A stretch of 64,000 nucleotides of DNA from positions 310,001-374,000 of the forward strand of contig CAJFCJ010000015.1 in the NCBI GenBank assembly GCA_904063045.1. Reading direction: 5' to 3'. Position 1 is the stretch's first letter. Each line of letters opens with the position of its first letter. Both the position numbers and the translations under genes were made by a program. Below, one piece after another: positions 30,091-45,146 of this stretch. Under the pieces are notes generated by a model, which ran no database searches, was not told the DNA's origin, and saw nothing but the letters and a program-made list of their open reading frames with translations. Source of the DNA: Dimorphilus gyrociliatus. Taxonomy: Eukaryota; Animalia; Annelida.

Positions 30091-31128
30091 AAAATAAGAA
30101 AACTAATAATTTGCAACAATTCAAACCTCATACCTTCTGCATATTTTCTTCTATAGGCTATATAAGTTCAGAATTTTAGGTGATTTCATTGATTTCGGTT
30201 GTTATTGTTATGATTTGTTTTTTTTTTTATTGTAAAACATACTACTACTATTGCAATTTATCACATTAATAATTTATATATTTAGATATATTTAGGTAAT
30301 TTTCATCTATATATTTAAGACATTTTTTTCTAGATTTTATTGAAATCTTGGCATGCGATTGTGATTGTAAATTCAAAGAAAAGAGTTAAAAAAAAAAGAA
30401 CACGCCAACACACACTGTGAAAAAATAATTCCATGGTTTTGAAGGAAAAAAGCATATATATATATATATATGTATAAATGGTAGATTTTTTATTTTATTG
30501 CATGAAAACGAATCATTAATAATCCGTTTTATTCTATTATTTTACAATGTTTATGTGTAAGTTTTATGTTTCTATGTATTGCGTTTAACTTTTCCCCCAA
30601 CTCTCCTTAAAATATTTTTATTCGAATTATGTTTTTTTTTGAAAAGACAACAAAAAAGGGGAAAAAATTTATTTAGCCAACTGAGACAGACAACTAATTT
30701 CCAAGTATGACAGCGATGTTGAGTTAAATTTCTTCTTTTTTTCTATTTTATTTATAAATATGCTTTTTTTTCCTTTTTTGAATATATCCTTTATCCTCCT
30801 CTATTTTAAAAGAAAAAGAGAGAAATCTCGAATCAAAAGTCACAAAATATAAAGAAAAAGGGTGAAAAGAGGATTGTATTGTTTCTTCTCGTGGTGTCTA
30901 ATATGCAACATGTAAAAAATTATATATATATACAATATAATGATTTTTTTTTTCATCATATTGTTTATAACATAGCTTTATTCTGACTGGTTCGTTAGTC
31001 ACATAGAACTTGTGTTGTTAAAGTTCTCTATACTCGTTTTTATATTACACGTTTGGGTCTCTTTTATGACTCACTACTCGATGACAACAGTTGATTAAAC
31101 AAAAAAAAATGGAATATTCTTTTCTCTT

Positions 31129-31678
31129 TTACCTATTTAAATTATCGTATGTTACACCTATAACGAACGAACATTGTATACATTCCAAATATTTCACTTG
31201 ATAGCTAATAAGGTCACTTGTTATTTGATAAACGCCTCCACAAACGCAAGAATGTTCCAAAATATCTTCTTCTCTTTCATTTTTTACAAATTCTCTTATA
31301 TTATAGTTTGCGTAGACTGATAAAGGATTAATATTTTTTACTTGAAATAAATAAGAGTCATATATATTCCTCTTTTCAATACTGTTCAATATCCTGTAAG
31401 CTGAATTAAGTTTTTTAAATATTTCGGTATTTCTTCTTATTGTTTCTTCATTTTCTTCAAGTTGATTTGTCTTATCTGGATGATATTTTAGAGATAACGT
31501 TCTAAAATTTCTTTTAATATCTTCTTGCGAAGCATTTTCATTAAGATTTAATAGACTGTATAAATCTTCTATTCCCAGATTATTATCTTTAGTCTACAAA
31601 GAGAAAAGTATGAATAAATATAAAAAATTAATTAATTAATTAAGTAACATCTAATATATATCTTCTTACTTTATTCAT
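31129..31678 (-). CDS. DNAJC24: J-domain + CSL zinc-finger protein (DNAJC24/DPH4, diphthamide pathway)
   Basis: Exon 31129-31593 encodes DLYSLL...SLKYHPDK...KLNSAYRIL...KRNIYD, then CVCGG...LECIQCS. A putative 9-nt first coding exon ATGAATAAA lies at 31670-31678, followed by GTAAGA. Confidence 0.85.
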
Positions 31679-32386
31679 TTAATTAATTGCTATATTTAAT
31701 CATTTATTTAATCATTGGGATTGTCTTATTTAAAAAAAAAAATCGGACGTCTAAGAAACGTGCTATTATTATTCCGCCATATTACTTCCAAACTAGTCGT
31801 CGTCATATCCCGTACAAGTTACGCCATCTATCACATAATCTTGTCAAAAGTGTTATGTTTTGAAAATACCCAAGCCAAGTTGTTTTTTTCCAATGTAAAC
31901 AAAGGAAAAGTACAATCATAGGTGTGCACAGTTTAAAATTAGCATTTTTTTTATTTTATAAATATAATCCTTATTACTGGACGAAAATATACATTTTTTC
32001 TATTTTATCTTAAGTAACCTAACAAAAGCATGTTTATGCCGTACAATTAAACGTGCCTGTACAGCTCGTTTGGTAATGTCACTTAATGGATTGTTACTTT
32101 ATATATCCACGTGAGATTCACGTGTCGTCCTGACGTAATTATTACAAAGTCACTTGACCTTTCAAGTCTAATCAATATCATTACTCGTGTCACTTCTTTT
32201 GCCATTTGAAAACTTGTCTTGAAATCCTGACATAGTCGAAATTCTACAAAGTGAAAATAAAGATAAAGTTATTCATAAATAGAAGAAATTAATAAAAGTA
32301 ATAATACAGAATTGTGAAAATGGCTGCAAAATTTTGAAAAGTATACTTTTGCAGAAGAAAAGAAAGAAAAGTAGAAAGTATCAACA
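31679..32386. promoter_or_regulatory. Bidirectional promoter region between DNAJC24 and the IR gene
   Basis: Head-to-head genes about 700 bp apart. Contains YY1-like sites 31774-31783 and 32317-32326, a CTCF-like site 31821-31830, and tandem E-boxes CACGTG at 32108-32113 and 32119-32124. Confidence 0.55.
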
Positions 32387-35035
32387 ATGCAATTAAAACA
32401 GATAATTATCTGTTTTATATTCGAATGCAGTAAGTTTTTCTTTAATAAAGAAATTATGAATGAAAAGTAAATGAAACTTTTTTATAGGAATATTTATTGA
32501 AAGTTTATATTTGAGTACCAATCATTATTGCAATCATAGTCATTATGGGATAATTTCAACACTATATCAAACATTGAACAGTCTAGATGTTCGATATGTT
32601 GTAATTTTCCATGAGAATTATCAATTTCCCGATTGTATTGTATCAAGAATTAATAGTTTAGGTAAATATGTTGAATTCGCCAATGAAGGTTACTGGAATA
32701 AAGATTGGGAGTCAATGCCCGATGAATATTTATTTTTAGTATGGACGAACGTATCCCTAATGGAATCTATTATTAAAGAGGTCTCTTGAAAAAAGTTTCT
32801 TTTCATTCTGTTAATAAATATCCAAAGTTCAATAATAAAAACAAGTGTAATATTTTCTGAATAGGGAAGAAAACAAGGACTTTTCAGACCCTTGTTTAAA
32901 TGGATTATTATCTTACCTACAACTTTTTCAATTGAAACTGATATTGGAAATTATTTAACACATTCAGACAGTGTTATACTATTTCATAATGATTTATTGA
33001 AATCTTCAAATGTTTTAATATATAAATGGTCTAATTCAACTGTTGAAAATATTGGACATTTTTCAAATGGAAAAGTACACTCTTTTTTTTCAACTATAGA
33101 TCTTTTCCATATTCTTAATTATTTCATATTTTTTAATAGATTAACCTTCAAAAGCATATTTTTCAAAAGTATCCAAACTTTGAAGATTATCAATTTTTTG
33201 TTGCTATTGTACCTGTTCGTATAAGTTTGCTTTAAATATTAATAACTATAATAAAAAAATATACGTGTCTCTATGATCTACTTCATTAATTGGTTAATAA
33301 TTATTTAAATTAGGTGGATTTTATACAAATGAAGAAGACAAAAATAAAAGATCAAGTCTTTTATGTTGGACTCTTTGTGAAAATATTGGATTTGTTAGCG
33401 GAAAAGTTAAAATTTAGGTATTTTATTTATTGTATATTCATTGTATATTCATAATTATGTTAATTTATTCATATTTCCTTCACCTTTCACAGATATAAAT
33501 TACTAGAACCAGATAATTTACAATTTGGTATAATAGAGAATGGATCTTGGAATGGAGCTATTGGAATGCTAGACAATAAGGTTTGCAAATTATTTAGAGC
33601 AATCAAGTTTACTAGGACAGTAATAATGTGAGATTTTACCAATAATTCTATACTTTTCCTCTGTTTTTACGGTTTCTAGTGTTTCCTTTCTTGAAAAACA
33701 TCATCTATTGTTCGTTGTTTCTTTGAAGGAAAAATGCCAGCTTTGTCCCTATAATTAATTAAACATACACTATGAGAACTAGGAATCAGTCCAATTAATC
33801 TTCAATTTACTTAAAGAGGCTTTATTTAGAAACAAATTGAAATATGATCAGAAATAGATCGTCTGAATATGTCAATTTGGATTTAATGCTATTTTCAAAT
33901 GATAACAATTTATTAACAGAAAGCTGATCTAGCTATTGGACCCTATAACGTTCTTGAACAGCGTCTGGAGGCAGTCGATTTCATGACGGCTGTTGGCAGT
34001 GAAACTCTTGCAATAATCATGAAAAGACCCGATCATAAAGTTCTTTCATCCTTCTTTATTACTAAACCTTTAAAACCGGAAGTATGGTATTCCTATTTAG
34101 CTTTTGTAATCCTGGCGTTCGCTTTCATATATTTATACACGAAATTGGATGTTCATGAAAATAATATGAGGGTTTACTCTGAATATAGTGTGTTTAGATT
34201 GTCCCTGTGGTATGCTATTTGCGCTAGCCTAAATCAGGGAAGCGTGTTACCAAACTCAAAAAATTCATCAGTTAGAATTCTTGTTGCATTTGTATGGATA
34301 ACAACAGTAGTAGTTATTGCCATCTATACTGGAAATCTTATCGCATTTTTGAGGTTTTTATATTTTCTTTCGTCAGCAATATTGAAAAATAAAGCTTCCC
34401 CTTGTTATTTATTACTTAATAGCGTTAGGAAGGCAAAATTACCTGTGGAAACGCTAGAAGACGCGGTTACAAATAGTGAATTCCGTCTAGTAATTCTTGG
34501 TAGTTCGGCTCATGAATTCTTATTTAAGACTGCAAAGACTGGAGTATTTCGAAAAGCTTGGGAAAAGATTGAAAAAGATCTTCCTTATAGCATAGTTTAC
34601 AGCTTGAAAGATGGACTTGAAAGAGCCAAAAATCAGAATACAGGCTTTGTTAATGAAAGATCGGTAATGAACTTAGTTTCCCATATGGATTGTGATTATG
34701 TAACTACTCCAGTTGAAAATGACTTTCATTCGCGTAGTATTGCATTCCCCGTTCAAAAACATTGGCCTTATTTAGAGACATTTAACAATGCACTACAAGA
34801 AGTAGTCATTGAAGGGGGATATGTTGAAAAATGGAAAACCGATTTAAATTTAACGGAGCCAGCGAATTGTGAGAGTCAAGAAAGGATAAGAGAAGCAGTT
34901 CATTTCCATGAAATAATTGGTGTACTTTATCTTTTCTCAATTGGATTAACTATATCTGTTATTGTATTATTTATTGAAAAAACTTTCTATCGAATAAGAT
35001 ATCGATTATTTCGAAATAAAGTGGGTGTTAATTAA
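32387..35035 (+). CDS. Divergent ionotropic receptor (IR/iGluR-like chemosensory channel subunit)
   Basis: S1 lobe GSWNGAIGML|DNKKADLAIGPYNVLEQRLEAVDFM; M1 KPLKPEVW; pore SLWYAICASLNQG; M2 RILVAFVW...IYTGNLIAFL; S2 PVETLEDA...FPVQKHWPYLETFNNAL; M3 GVLYLFSIGL. Hydrophobic N-terminus at 32387; several short introns. Confidence 0.85.
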
Positions 35036-35229
35036 CTAAATTTCATTGTTAATTAGCTAAATTAAGCTGCAAGTTAAGGAAATGCGTGAAATAAGAATTT
35101 TCCCAATCATTCCTTTAATTGTTTATTTTCTTTTACTTCAACTATTCCCATCTTTCTTAAAGAAATGAATTTTCTTATTCCTTTCCTCTCTTGGCCTTCC
35201 CCCCCCCCTCTCTCTCTCTTTCACTTTCA

Positions 35230-35231
<2 letters not shown>

Positions 35232-35263
<32 letters not shown>
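35232..35263. repeat. (CA)n microsatellite
   Basis: Direct reading. Confidence 0.95.
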
Positions 35264-35264
<1 letters not shown>

Positions 35265-37487
35265 TCCCTCTTGAGATTGAAGTTATTTTAATTTATTTAA
35301 TCACTTAATTGATTTAAATATTTCAGTTGTTGGCTAATTAAGTAAAATTCATTTAAAGGTTAAAAAGTTATCTGTACAGGTAATGAAAGAGAATACTTTG
35401 ATTTAATCAATGAAATTGGTATTGAATATTATATAACAATACGTTTAATCTTGTCCCATTATTCGTCCATTAAATATTTCATGAAAATCATCAAATTCAT
35501 TACCAATCAAAATTACATCAACAGATGTCGTTAGTCGTTGCCAAGTCACATTAACTGATTCCTCTATAATTAAGTAAATGATCAAACGATTTTTAGTACG
35601 AGACCTCAATTCTAATTATTTTCATTGGAAAGTTATTTTCTCAGGTCTTTAGATGCCTCAAGATAGACAGACAGACAGATAGACAGTTAGATACTTGTAT
35701 ACTTTTCACATACTGCGCTGTATGTTTCTATATAAATATATAAATATTATATTATATACTTTTTGTGTATATAGTCTATTCTCTATAGAGAAGAAAAACC
35801 ATAGTTTTATTAAAATGATTACGTAATTGATGTTTATCTATAAAGTTTAAATTACATAAGTAAAAATAAAGCATTTATGTTACAATACAAAGTATACAAA
35901 ATGATAATAATAGGGGTTTTTTCAAACTTGTTCCCATTTCCTAACGGAAGAGACGGATAGGATTCCCTGGAAAGGGAATGCGTTATTTTTGCTTTTAAAT
36001 ATAAAAATCATCCGTAAATAGATCGTTAAGTAGCAAAATTCTATTCCCTAATTTGTTCTTATTCCTTTTCTCTGTTTTATAAAGAAACACGTCTAAAATC
36101 AACCTGATATACAATTATTATACAGGTGTATAACACTATTTTAAGAAAATAAGCAATTCTAGATGGTAGAAATAAAGGGAAAAAATAGAAGAAAAAAAAA
36201 TTCTCAGTTTTCCTATAGTTCTCCTTTATAAAAGGTTATTACTAACAGTCGATAAATCATAGAGAAAAAGATATTTGTATTAATTGTTTTTTTTCCTTTT
36301 TTTTTAAAAAAAAAGAAAAAACAAAAGCAAAAAAAAAAAGAAATTGAATTAAACATTTACAATATAAAAAAATAAACATTGGACAAAAAGAATTTAAAAA
36401 CAAATATGATTAGATATCGATTTTATCATACAACAATAGAAACGAACGGAAGTAATCGAATTCTGACATAGTAATTAGGCCTAAATAAATAAGAGACGGT
36501 CGGTAATTATTTACAGGCGACAATAATCTTTAGCCAAAATCGGGGAAAATGATCTTTTCATATTAGTTCACCTCTTGTTATGTATGAGTAAAAAAAAGAT
36601 AACAGCTGAGTGCAAAGACGCATCTAGGCACTTAAGAGTGAACTAAGCCTATCTCTTCTTATTAAACACCCTTTTTTACACTTTCTCACCTTTATGATTC
36701 ATAATAAGTAAACTATATCGAAGGTAAAAAAAGATTAGGATTAATAAGATCATAATAGAAACACACAATTCTGTCCTTAATTAAAAGAGGATTATATTGG
36801 TTAAACAGGAAGAGCAAAATTGAATCCATAACTTCTTAATAATGATTACACACCTTTGTCTTTTCCCTTGTGGGGGAAATTAAATATTAATTATTAGACA
36901 GAAGAGAGGTTAAGACTCTGGTAAACACAAAAGCTTTATTCGTCTGGACTTACAATCATCTCGGTTTGCTTCTTATATTCTCAACTGCAATCATTTAAGA
37001 TTAGTTTTTACACTGTACGTTGTGCATTTCCGGGTGAAGCGTTGTTTTTGATTAAGCATGTAGTTTATATGGATTCTCTGGAACAGAATATCGGTATCTT
37101 CTCACTTACTGCTTAATAGTCTGCTGCTTTCTATTAGACGCAATTCTATTCACACAGAATATTTCATTGACTTTCGTAAGTTTTTTTAATATTACTCCAT
37201 AACTTATCAACCCCGCCTCACCATCTCCCTCCCTCCTGGCTCTCTTTTCCTCCCCTCTCTTTCTTTCATCTATATCCGTCTGTCTATCAGACTGTCTCTC
37301 TTTCCCCTTGATAGAATAAAATATGTATGAAGAGCGAAACGAGAAAGAATATAGGCGTTTTTTTATGTTCTAAAGTGTAGGAGGACGAAGCCGAAGAAGT
37401 TTTAAACAGATTTTAATAAAGTAGATTGATTTTACTCTTCTTTTTTTTAAAAGCAATATAAATGAAGTATGTGGATAGATAGAATGA

Positions 37488-37494
<7 letters not shown>

Positions 37495-37526
<32 letters not shown>
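37495..37526. repeat. (AG)n microsatellite
   Basis: Direct reading; degenerate AGAC/AGTG extensions follow. Confidence 0.95.
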
Positions 37527-37533
<7 letters not shown>

Positions 37534-38009
37534 CAGAGAGTGAGACAGAGAGTGAGTGAGAAAGATAGACTAGAAAAAAAAAGAAAGAGAATAAATGTTT
37601 TGTTTTGTAGGCCTAGAAGCTTTTCCTTATCGAATTCCGTTTCTAGGATAATTTTAGTGTTTGAAATTCGATAGTTAGTTGATCAATTGTAATAACTTTA
37701 TTCTAAAGTTTCAAGTAAAGAAAAAAAGATAAAAAGGGCAATTTTATCATAAATAGAAAGAAAAGAGATTAATTATTATTCATTTTTATAAGTATCTTTT
37801 ATTATCAATGTTAAAAGAAAGAAAGACAGAGAGAGAGAGAGAGAGAGAGAGGATGGAAGAGAGAGATAGGGAATTTTTTCTCCTTGTCGCTCTTATTATC
37901 TATCGATATCAATAGATTTATAACTATTAAACGTAGGTTAAGGCAGATTTAATATGATTGAAAAATTACGTCAAGATAATTGTTAAATTTAATAAAATGT
38001 ACAAGAGAA

Positions 38010-38040
<31 letters not shown>

Positions 38041-41000
38041 ATGAATATATTGTTCCATATAGGCTTAGAGGATTTCACTTTTTATTATCTTCAATAAAAA
38101 AAAGTTTAATTATCCTTCAAATAGATTACTAATCTTACTTAAGAAGAATAAATTAATTAATAACAAGTTTGTTTACGAACAATTAATAAAAACAATATAA
38201 TTAAACTAAATTCATGCTGGTTTATTGTAGAGACTTTTATTATTTATCGATTAATATAAGAAAATAGAGAAGAAAGCTTTACGGTATCTTACAATTAGGT
38301 CATAACTATCAAATAATTGTAGTGTGAAGGGTAACTTTCAGAGATAAAACTCTATGCTCATTAGACTTAAATACAGCCCGAGATCTTCCTGCCTTTTCAA
38401 ATCATAGATCCGATTAGCTTGGCCTTGGTTATAAAAAGTTATTACGTAATAGTATAGAGGTGTTATAAATAAAGAATTAACCGGCTTCTTTTCCTAATTA
38501 AGGAGTAAGGTGCGAACAAATCGCAAGAGAGCTGAATTTTAAATAGAAAGTTGACATCCTACAAGAAGGAGATTAGCTAGCTGTAAGGTTGTTAATTATA
38601 GAATACCCGAATGGCATCTGGTTAAAACGTCCGTTAATGAGTTGTTATGATCTTTCATTAGATCAGTATTTGTTAACATAAAACAATTTTAATTATACTA
38701 ATTGCTTAACTTATACCTTTACCGCCAAAGGGGGATGATCTTTGGAGAAAATATATTAAATAGCTTTGAAAATCTATCGATAAAGCGTTCAATTTCAATT
38801 TGTGAAGAAGCGGACAATTCGAAGTAATCTGATATCGATTGGCAAAGCGTTGCGTTTTTAATGAAGTACTACTTCCTCTAGCCACGAATGAGGGTGTTGG
38901 ATTATTAGCATTTAGAATAATCAGGTCGAGTAATCTGTCGTCAATCTTCCGACGTCTGCAAGAAACTTAAGCAGCAGATTAGATTGACAGGTGATTGTAG
39001 ATGATCCATTGAATAAGACGTTTCTACCAAACTGAAGACGGTTACTTATAAAACGTCATCTATCCTCCCATCAGTAATTCCTTGTCTTGCATTCTACTTA
39101 TCTTCTTTTCTCTTGTTTCTTTTGCAGAAAAAAGCCAACAGCCTTCGGCAAGTCTGGTTGTCTGATGTTTTAGCTAAGATCACAGGAAATTAATATGAGA
39201 TACTAATAAGTTACACTGAGAGAAACACCAGACCGATATATTTATTGAGACAAAATAACGTATACACGCCTATATACACACCAACTAGAAAAAGCAACGA
39301 AACAACCAAAATGAGGCAATCTTTTTCAGATTTGGAAACGGATGTTTATCAAAAATTACAGGTGAATTAATTAGGTTAACTTTTTCCTTCGTTCTATCTC
39401 TTTCTTTTTAATTCCTACTCTATATTTTATTAGTTTTTTTTCTCCCCTTAATTTAAGATATAGTCTAAAAATGCTTTTACACTTGTTGATCATGTGGAAA
39501 GGTAATGAGATTATTTTTCAATCAAACTGAACTAAACTAGACACTTAGCAGTCCACAACAAATGATAATATTTATATCTATATTGCTCATATTTTTCCTG
39601 CCTCTTTCCTCCTTTCTTCTTTGATGTAAAATAAAAAAAAGTACTCTTTTTTTTTTTAAGTATAAACTTTATGTTTTCTTCCTTTTATGGATAATAATTA
39701 GGTTACTTTTTTCAGGTGAACTATTTTTATAAAAGCTTATTCATGCTCCTTTATTCGTACAGTATGTATAAACCGTCGAACCATGCCTATTCAACCTTTG
39801 CGACCCTGTTCTAATGGAAAGTAGGCCTATTCAATATTCCTTTTAAGATAGTTTTCGCATCGACTCTTATAAAATATAAGTCACTTAAATTTAGAAACGC
39901 GATAATTTTTAAAAGATTAAGAGAGATGTAAAAAGAGAGATAACTGAACAATATTGTTTGTGAAGAGAAGGAGAAAGAGAGAGAGGGAGAGAGAAATGGA
40001 AAGATAAAGACATAGAAAGAGAGTGTGTTTGTGAGAGAGAGAGAAGGATACGAGAAAGATATTTAAAATTGCTATTATCAATCTCAAATTCCTTTGTTTT
40101 CCTTCTCTTTTTTTTGTTCCTCTTACGTGAAAACAAGAAGGAGAACTTTTATTACGTGTTGCTCTTTTAAAACTATTTTCATTATCAAGGTCATTGTTCT
40201 TACAAAAATATCTTTAGCAGACATTATTATATAAAATCTTATTAAAGAGAAAGTACTGGAAAATGTGAGAGATTTTCCCTTATAAAAGAAGAAGAAAATA
40301 AAAACAATAACAACACAAGAACAGATTGTAATTACTTTTAATTGCGGATGAACATTTTATCTATCTATATCAGTAATTAATTGATGGAAAATAGGTAAAT
40401 ATTTAAAAAGGGCGATAAGGTCATTTTTTCTTCTAAAATGAAAACAACTTAACCTTTGATTTTTCTTTTCTCTTTTTCTTTTTAGTTGTATTTATTTATA
40501 TTTTTCTTGATTTTTATTATTTAAACGGAAGAAGACTAAAAAAAGATTAATTCTACGAATATCATATAGAAATGGTTATGTAAAAAATATGTCAAATGTC
40601 CTAGAATTAGTTTACTAAATTGTGTTTAAAAATCTTAAATATTTAATTATGTTGTTTAATTTTTTAAAAATGAATTTAGAGTATTTTTGCTCTAAATTAC
40701 CAATATTACTAGGCATATTTTACTCTTAGTGTAAGTTTATATCATATTAGCTTGTAACATTTACCATATTAGGTATGTAGGTGATGTTTTTCAAGTTAAA
40801 TAGGTGAGATAGTATAAGAAAAAAAGTAGGAAGAGAGGGATGAAGACATATTTGAAGACAAAAAAGAAGCAGTCTGACACACTGACAGAGTGATTTGATA
40901 CAATTTTGAGGCTTTTTTCATTAATAAAAGAGAATTATAGAGAGTTTAACCTTATTTTAACCTTTTCTGTTTTTTTACTACAAGACATAAGCACAAATGA

Positions 41001-41868
41001 TTTTGTAAGAAAATAAACGAAATTTAATGCTTAATCCTTAAATGCCATCTACTGGTAAATTTACCAGGGTTTAGCGTACATCAATACATTGACGTTTATC
41101 CCGCGATAGACAATGTAATTTTCTTATAGACGTATATACGGATACATATAAATAAATGTATTAATATATATGAATATTTGTGCTCGCCGTTCATATATAT
41201 ATATATATATATTCTAATATATATGTTAATACATTTATACCCTACATTGTACATTTTGTTAAAATGCGATAGAAGAGTTACAAGAGTCTTACAAAGCTTC
41301 AGAAGCATACTTACTATGTGAATAATATCATATCTACATTATTTGTATTGATATGTATATATATATGTATATTTATATATTTATGTACGTAAATACGTAC
41401 AGTATATAAGTATAATACTGTATATATCGAACAAATAAACTTTTTCATATTTTACAATATTTGGTACGTAGATTACTAATTATATATTCACATATAATCG
41501 GTGTATAAAAGAAGAGAAAGGGGGCTGAAATATGGAACATTCGGCTTACGTACCGATGTATATATATATATATATATATAAATTTATATATATAATTTAT
41601 ATAGATGTGTATATAAATGTATATACACTGTATATTTATATATACAGTATATATATAATTGTGTACTTTTTTTTAGAAGATGGAAATTTATATTAATGTA
41701 TATTAATATAAAGAGAAACGACGTTGTACATTTTTGCACCGATATGACACCGTATACAAAGCGCCATCATCTTCACTTAACTCTTCTACCTGATTTTTCG
41801 AGCGGCGCTCTATTAAGGATAGGAGGTGAAAAAAGCATGTTTCCTCACTCCGTAAAAGCCGTTAGAGG

Positions 41869-44800
41869 ATGATAATAATGATGTATCCGGCTAGTTCGAG
41901 AAAAGCTCGACGTATGAGCTCGGGCGATATCTATCAGGTTGGTGACGTAAGACTTATCTATTGTTTTATATGATTTTAAAATATAGGCCTTAGGAGCATC
42001 TTTTTTTCCCATTGATTTACATTTGGGGAAAGACAGCTGGTAGATTCTCTGGAGAATTATGCTACCACTAGTTGTCGAGACTGTAAATATATAGGTAATA
42101 ATCAATGCAGCGAGGCTGCATTGTATTGAATGATCGTGTCATTTATTAAAAGCAATGTTAACGCAAAAAATTGAACTATCTTTCTTTTATATATATGTAT
42201 ATATATATATAGAGGTATATCCTTATTCTATAAATAAAGGTATATAGCATTTTCGAAAAGATACAAGTTCATTTAAGTATACATCATTTATAAGCTAGAT
42301 ACTTGGATCTTTGGATACGGATGTAGATATATATATATATATATATACAGTATATATTACAAATATATAACGAAAAGTTATAACATCAATTTTTATATGA
42401 ATTATACCATACAAAATTCAACCTATAATAACTGAAAAAGCATTAAATTTAGGTGACGTCACGAAGCTGACTGAAAGTCAGTTGATTATCGAAATATATG
42501 ATGTATATAGAAAAAAAAATTTGCTAGCGATAAATTTACTAATTCAATAGAAAATTGATCAAAAAGAATTGACATTTTATTTAACTTGAAATAATAATTT
42601 ACTTAAAATAGGCCCGATATAACTGATATGTTAAATAAACTAACCGAGCGACGATGCAAAATAATAGGCTAATTTTTAAAAATGTACGAGTAACAAAACA
42701 CGTATCACGCATATATTCTTAGATCAGATTAAGAATGAGAATAGAATTTTGAAAAAATGTCCATTTTAAGAAAAAAACCCCAGTAATAATTATTCTTTTG
42801 TGGGTGTGACAAATAACGATAAATAGATATAGATAGAGTACATATACTTTACATATATTTTATATAACAATTAAGTTTGTAATAGAAAATGTACTATTTA
42901 ATTAAATGAGTAGAGTATACAAAGGACAAAAACCAGTATACTACGTATATATAAATATATATACACACTTTGTACATGTAATAATCACTAAATAAAAAGA
43001 AAATATGAGCAAATTTTATTCATTATAAATATTATTATACTATCATAATGACAATAGTTATTTATATTTTTAAATATTTATACATATTATCGATAATATT
43101 CAGTTTATACAATGTCTATATTGTATCTTTACTACCTATACATTAAATATATTAACCTTTATTGTTTCTATTCGAAATTCTTAAGATAAAGTTGTCAAAA
43201 AATTTCTTTACGACTAAAGAGAAGAACAAAGAATGGAAAATATCTAGAAAATTTTTATAAGACAAAAGTGAATATAATAATTAGGTTTAATAAGAGAAAA
43301 GTGCAACTCATATCACTTTCTATTGTACCTATTTAAATATTAGTCAAAGAATTGACTTCTTTCTGTTTTTATTTTATTCCTTTTTTATTTTCAAGTATCT
43401 ATTACTTTTCCTATAAATATATAAATATATATAAAGAGTTTATATATCCATCTTCTTCTTTAATGCCTTAAGATTAATTTACTTGTAATAAAAGCAGATA
43501 ATTTTCTCCGTATCTTTTACTAAAATTTGGAAAATGAAATGACCATGAGATAACAAATTAAAAATTGAATTGTTCATTAGATTGGAAAAAGGGAATATAA
43601 AGAGAATCGTAATAATAAATAAAGTATAATTATAGATTATGATTATGTCATTAATCAGTTATATAAAAAGCTTTTATTCGTATAGTTATCCCTAAAGAAA
43701 AAAATCTTTCTATTACTCGAAGGTCGTTGTTCAGCTAATTATGCACGTTTACGACAATTTATTTCTTACTAAGTATTACGTATAGCCATCCTCTTTTTCC
43801 CGTCTTCTATCTTTCCTTTTTCCCGCTTACTTCCTCTCTCTCTCTCTCTCTCTCTTTCTAGCCCAGCTTTCGACATATACTCATTTTGACTCAGTTTTAT
43901 TTTCTAGCACTTTAATAATGAAATATAAAAGATTAAAATCAGACAAGATATATAATGGTTACTTGCTCATTCGTAAATATAAAAAAAAAGTACTAGGAGG
44001 AATAGGTGAAATATTTGAAACGTTTGTTCGAAAAAAAAGAAGAGAGTTTTAGCTGTAAATCGATATCAGAGTACTGGGTAGATGTGTACAGTCAAGAATC
44101 TGCGTGTCAGCATTAGATGTTATTTAAAGGGAGAAAGAAGGTGTTGGAGGAGAAGAGAAGAAGGTAGGGCTGTGGAAGAATAAGCAGGGGGTCAAGTGGG
44201 AAATGATATATCTCTAAACGCATGTATATTCTAAAACTTTTACTTTTTTTATAGTATAAAGTAGACATTTTGAAAGGACAAAATTATATTAATGTAAAAG
44301 AGAATAGAATCAGATATAGAGTTTTTCATGCCTGATATATTATTAGATATATATGTACTACATAGAGCAAACCATAAAACATATAACCCCAACTATGCCT
44401 TTGCAAATATAACCTTATAATATATCTAGTGCAAAAAGAACAAAAACTCCTGCTATTTTCCTTACTATATTGTTTTAATAGTTATTACTTATTAATTAAA
44501 AAAGAGTAATAATTTTTCAATTATGAAGTACATAGATCAATTCAAATATCATTAAATTAAATTGTATATACACTAAGGTTTTATATTAATATTTAATAAC
44601 GAATTTATGGATTTTTTTTTTAAATTTCCCCTATTTTCCCCCGTAAACATTAAGGATAAAAATATTTTAATCTTCCTTTTCAAGCCCTCCTTTTCCCTTC
44701 CCGCTTTTTTGTCCTTTGTTTTATATATTTTTGATATATCATTTCGTAACAATTAAAATATCATTATGTCAAACAATTAAAGTTTTTGTTAATAAAGAAA

Positions 44801-45096
44801 ATGGGTGTGTGCGTGTGTGTGTGTTTGTGTGTGTCTTTTAAAGGTATCACTTAGAAAAATGATGTACAAAAAAAGAGAGAGAGAGAGAGAGAGAGTGAAG
44901 GGAGGGGAGGGGAGGGGAGGGGGGCAGCATGGAATAATATAGATTAACTTTAAATGTAAAAGAAAAGACAAAATTAAAAAAGATAATCTTGCGAATACTT
45001 ATGTATATACAGTATTTATACTATATATTTATATATATGTATGTACAATGTTTAATAATATTGCCTATTACTATTCTAATTTGACAATTTATACAT

Positions 45097-45146
<50 letters not shown>

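Noticed and set aside
33580-33920. Nested minus-strand gene in the long IR intron (…DKAGIFPSKKQRTIDDVFQERKH*)
   Set aside because: The only plausible upstream exon has an in-frame stop next to the junction.
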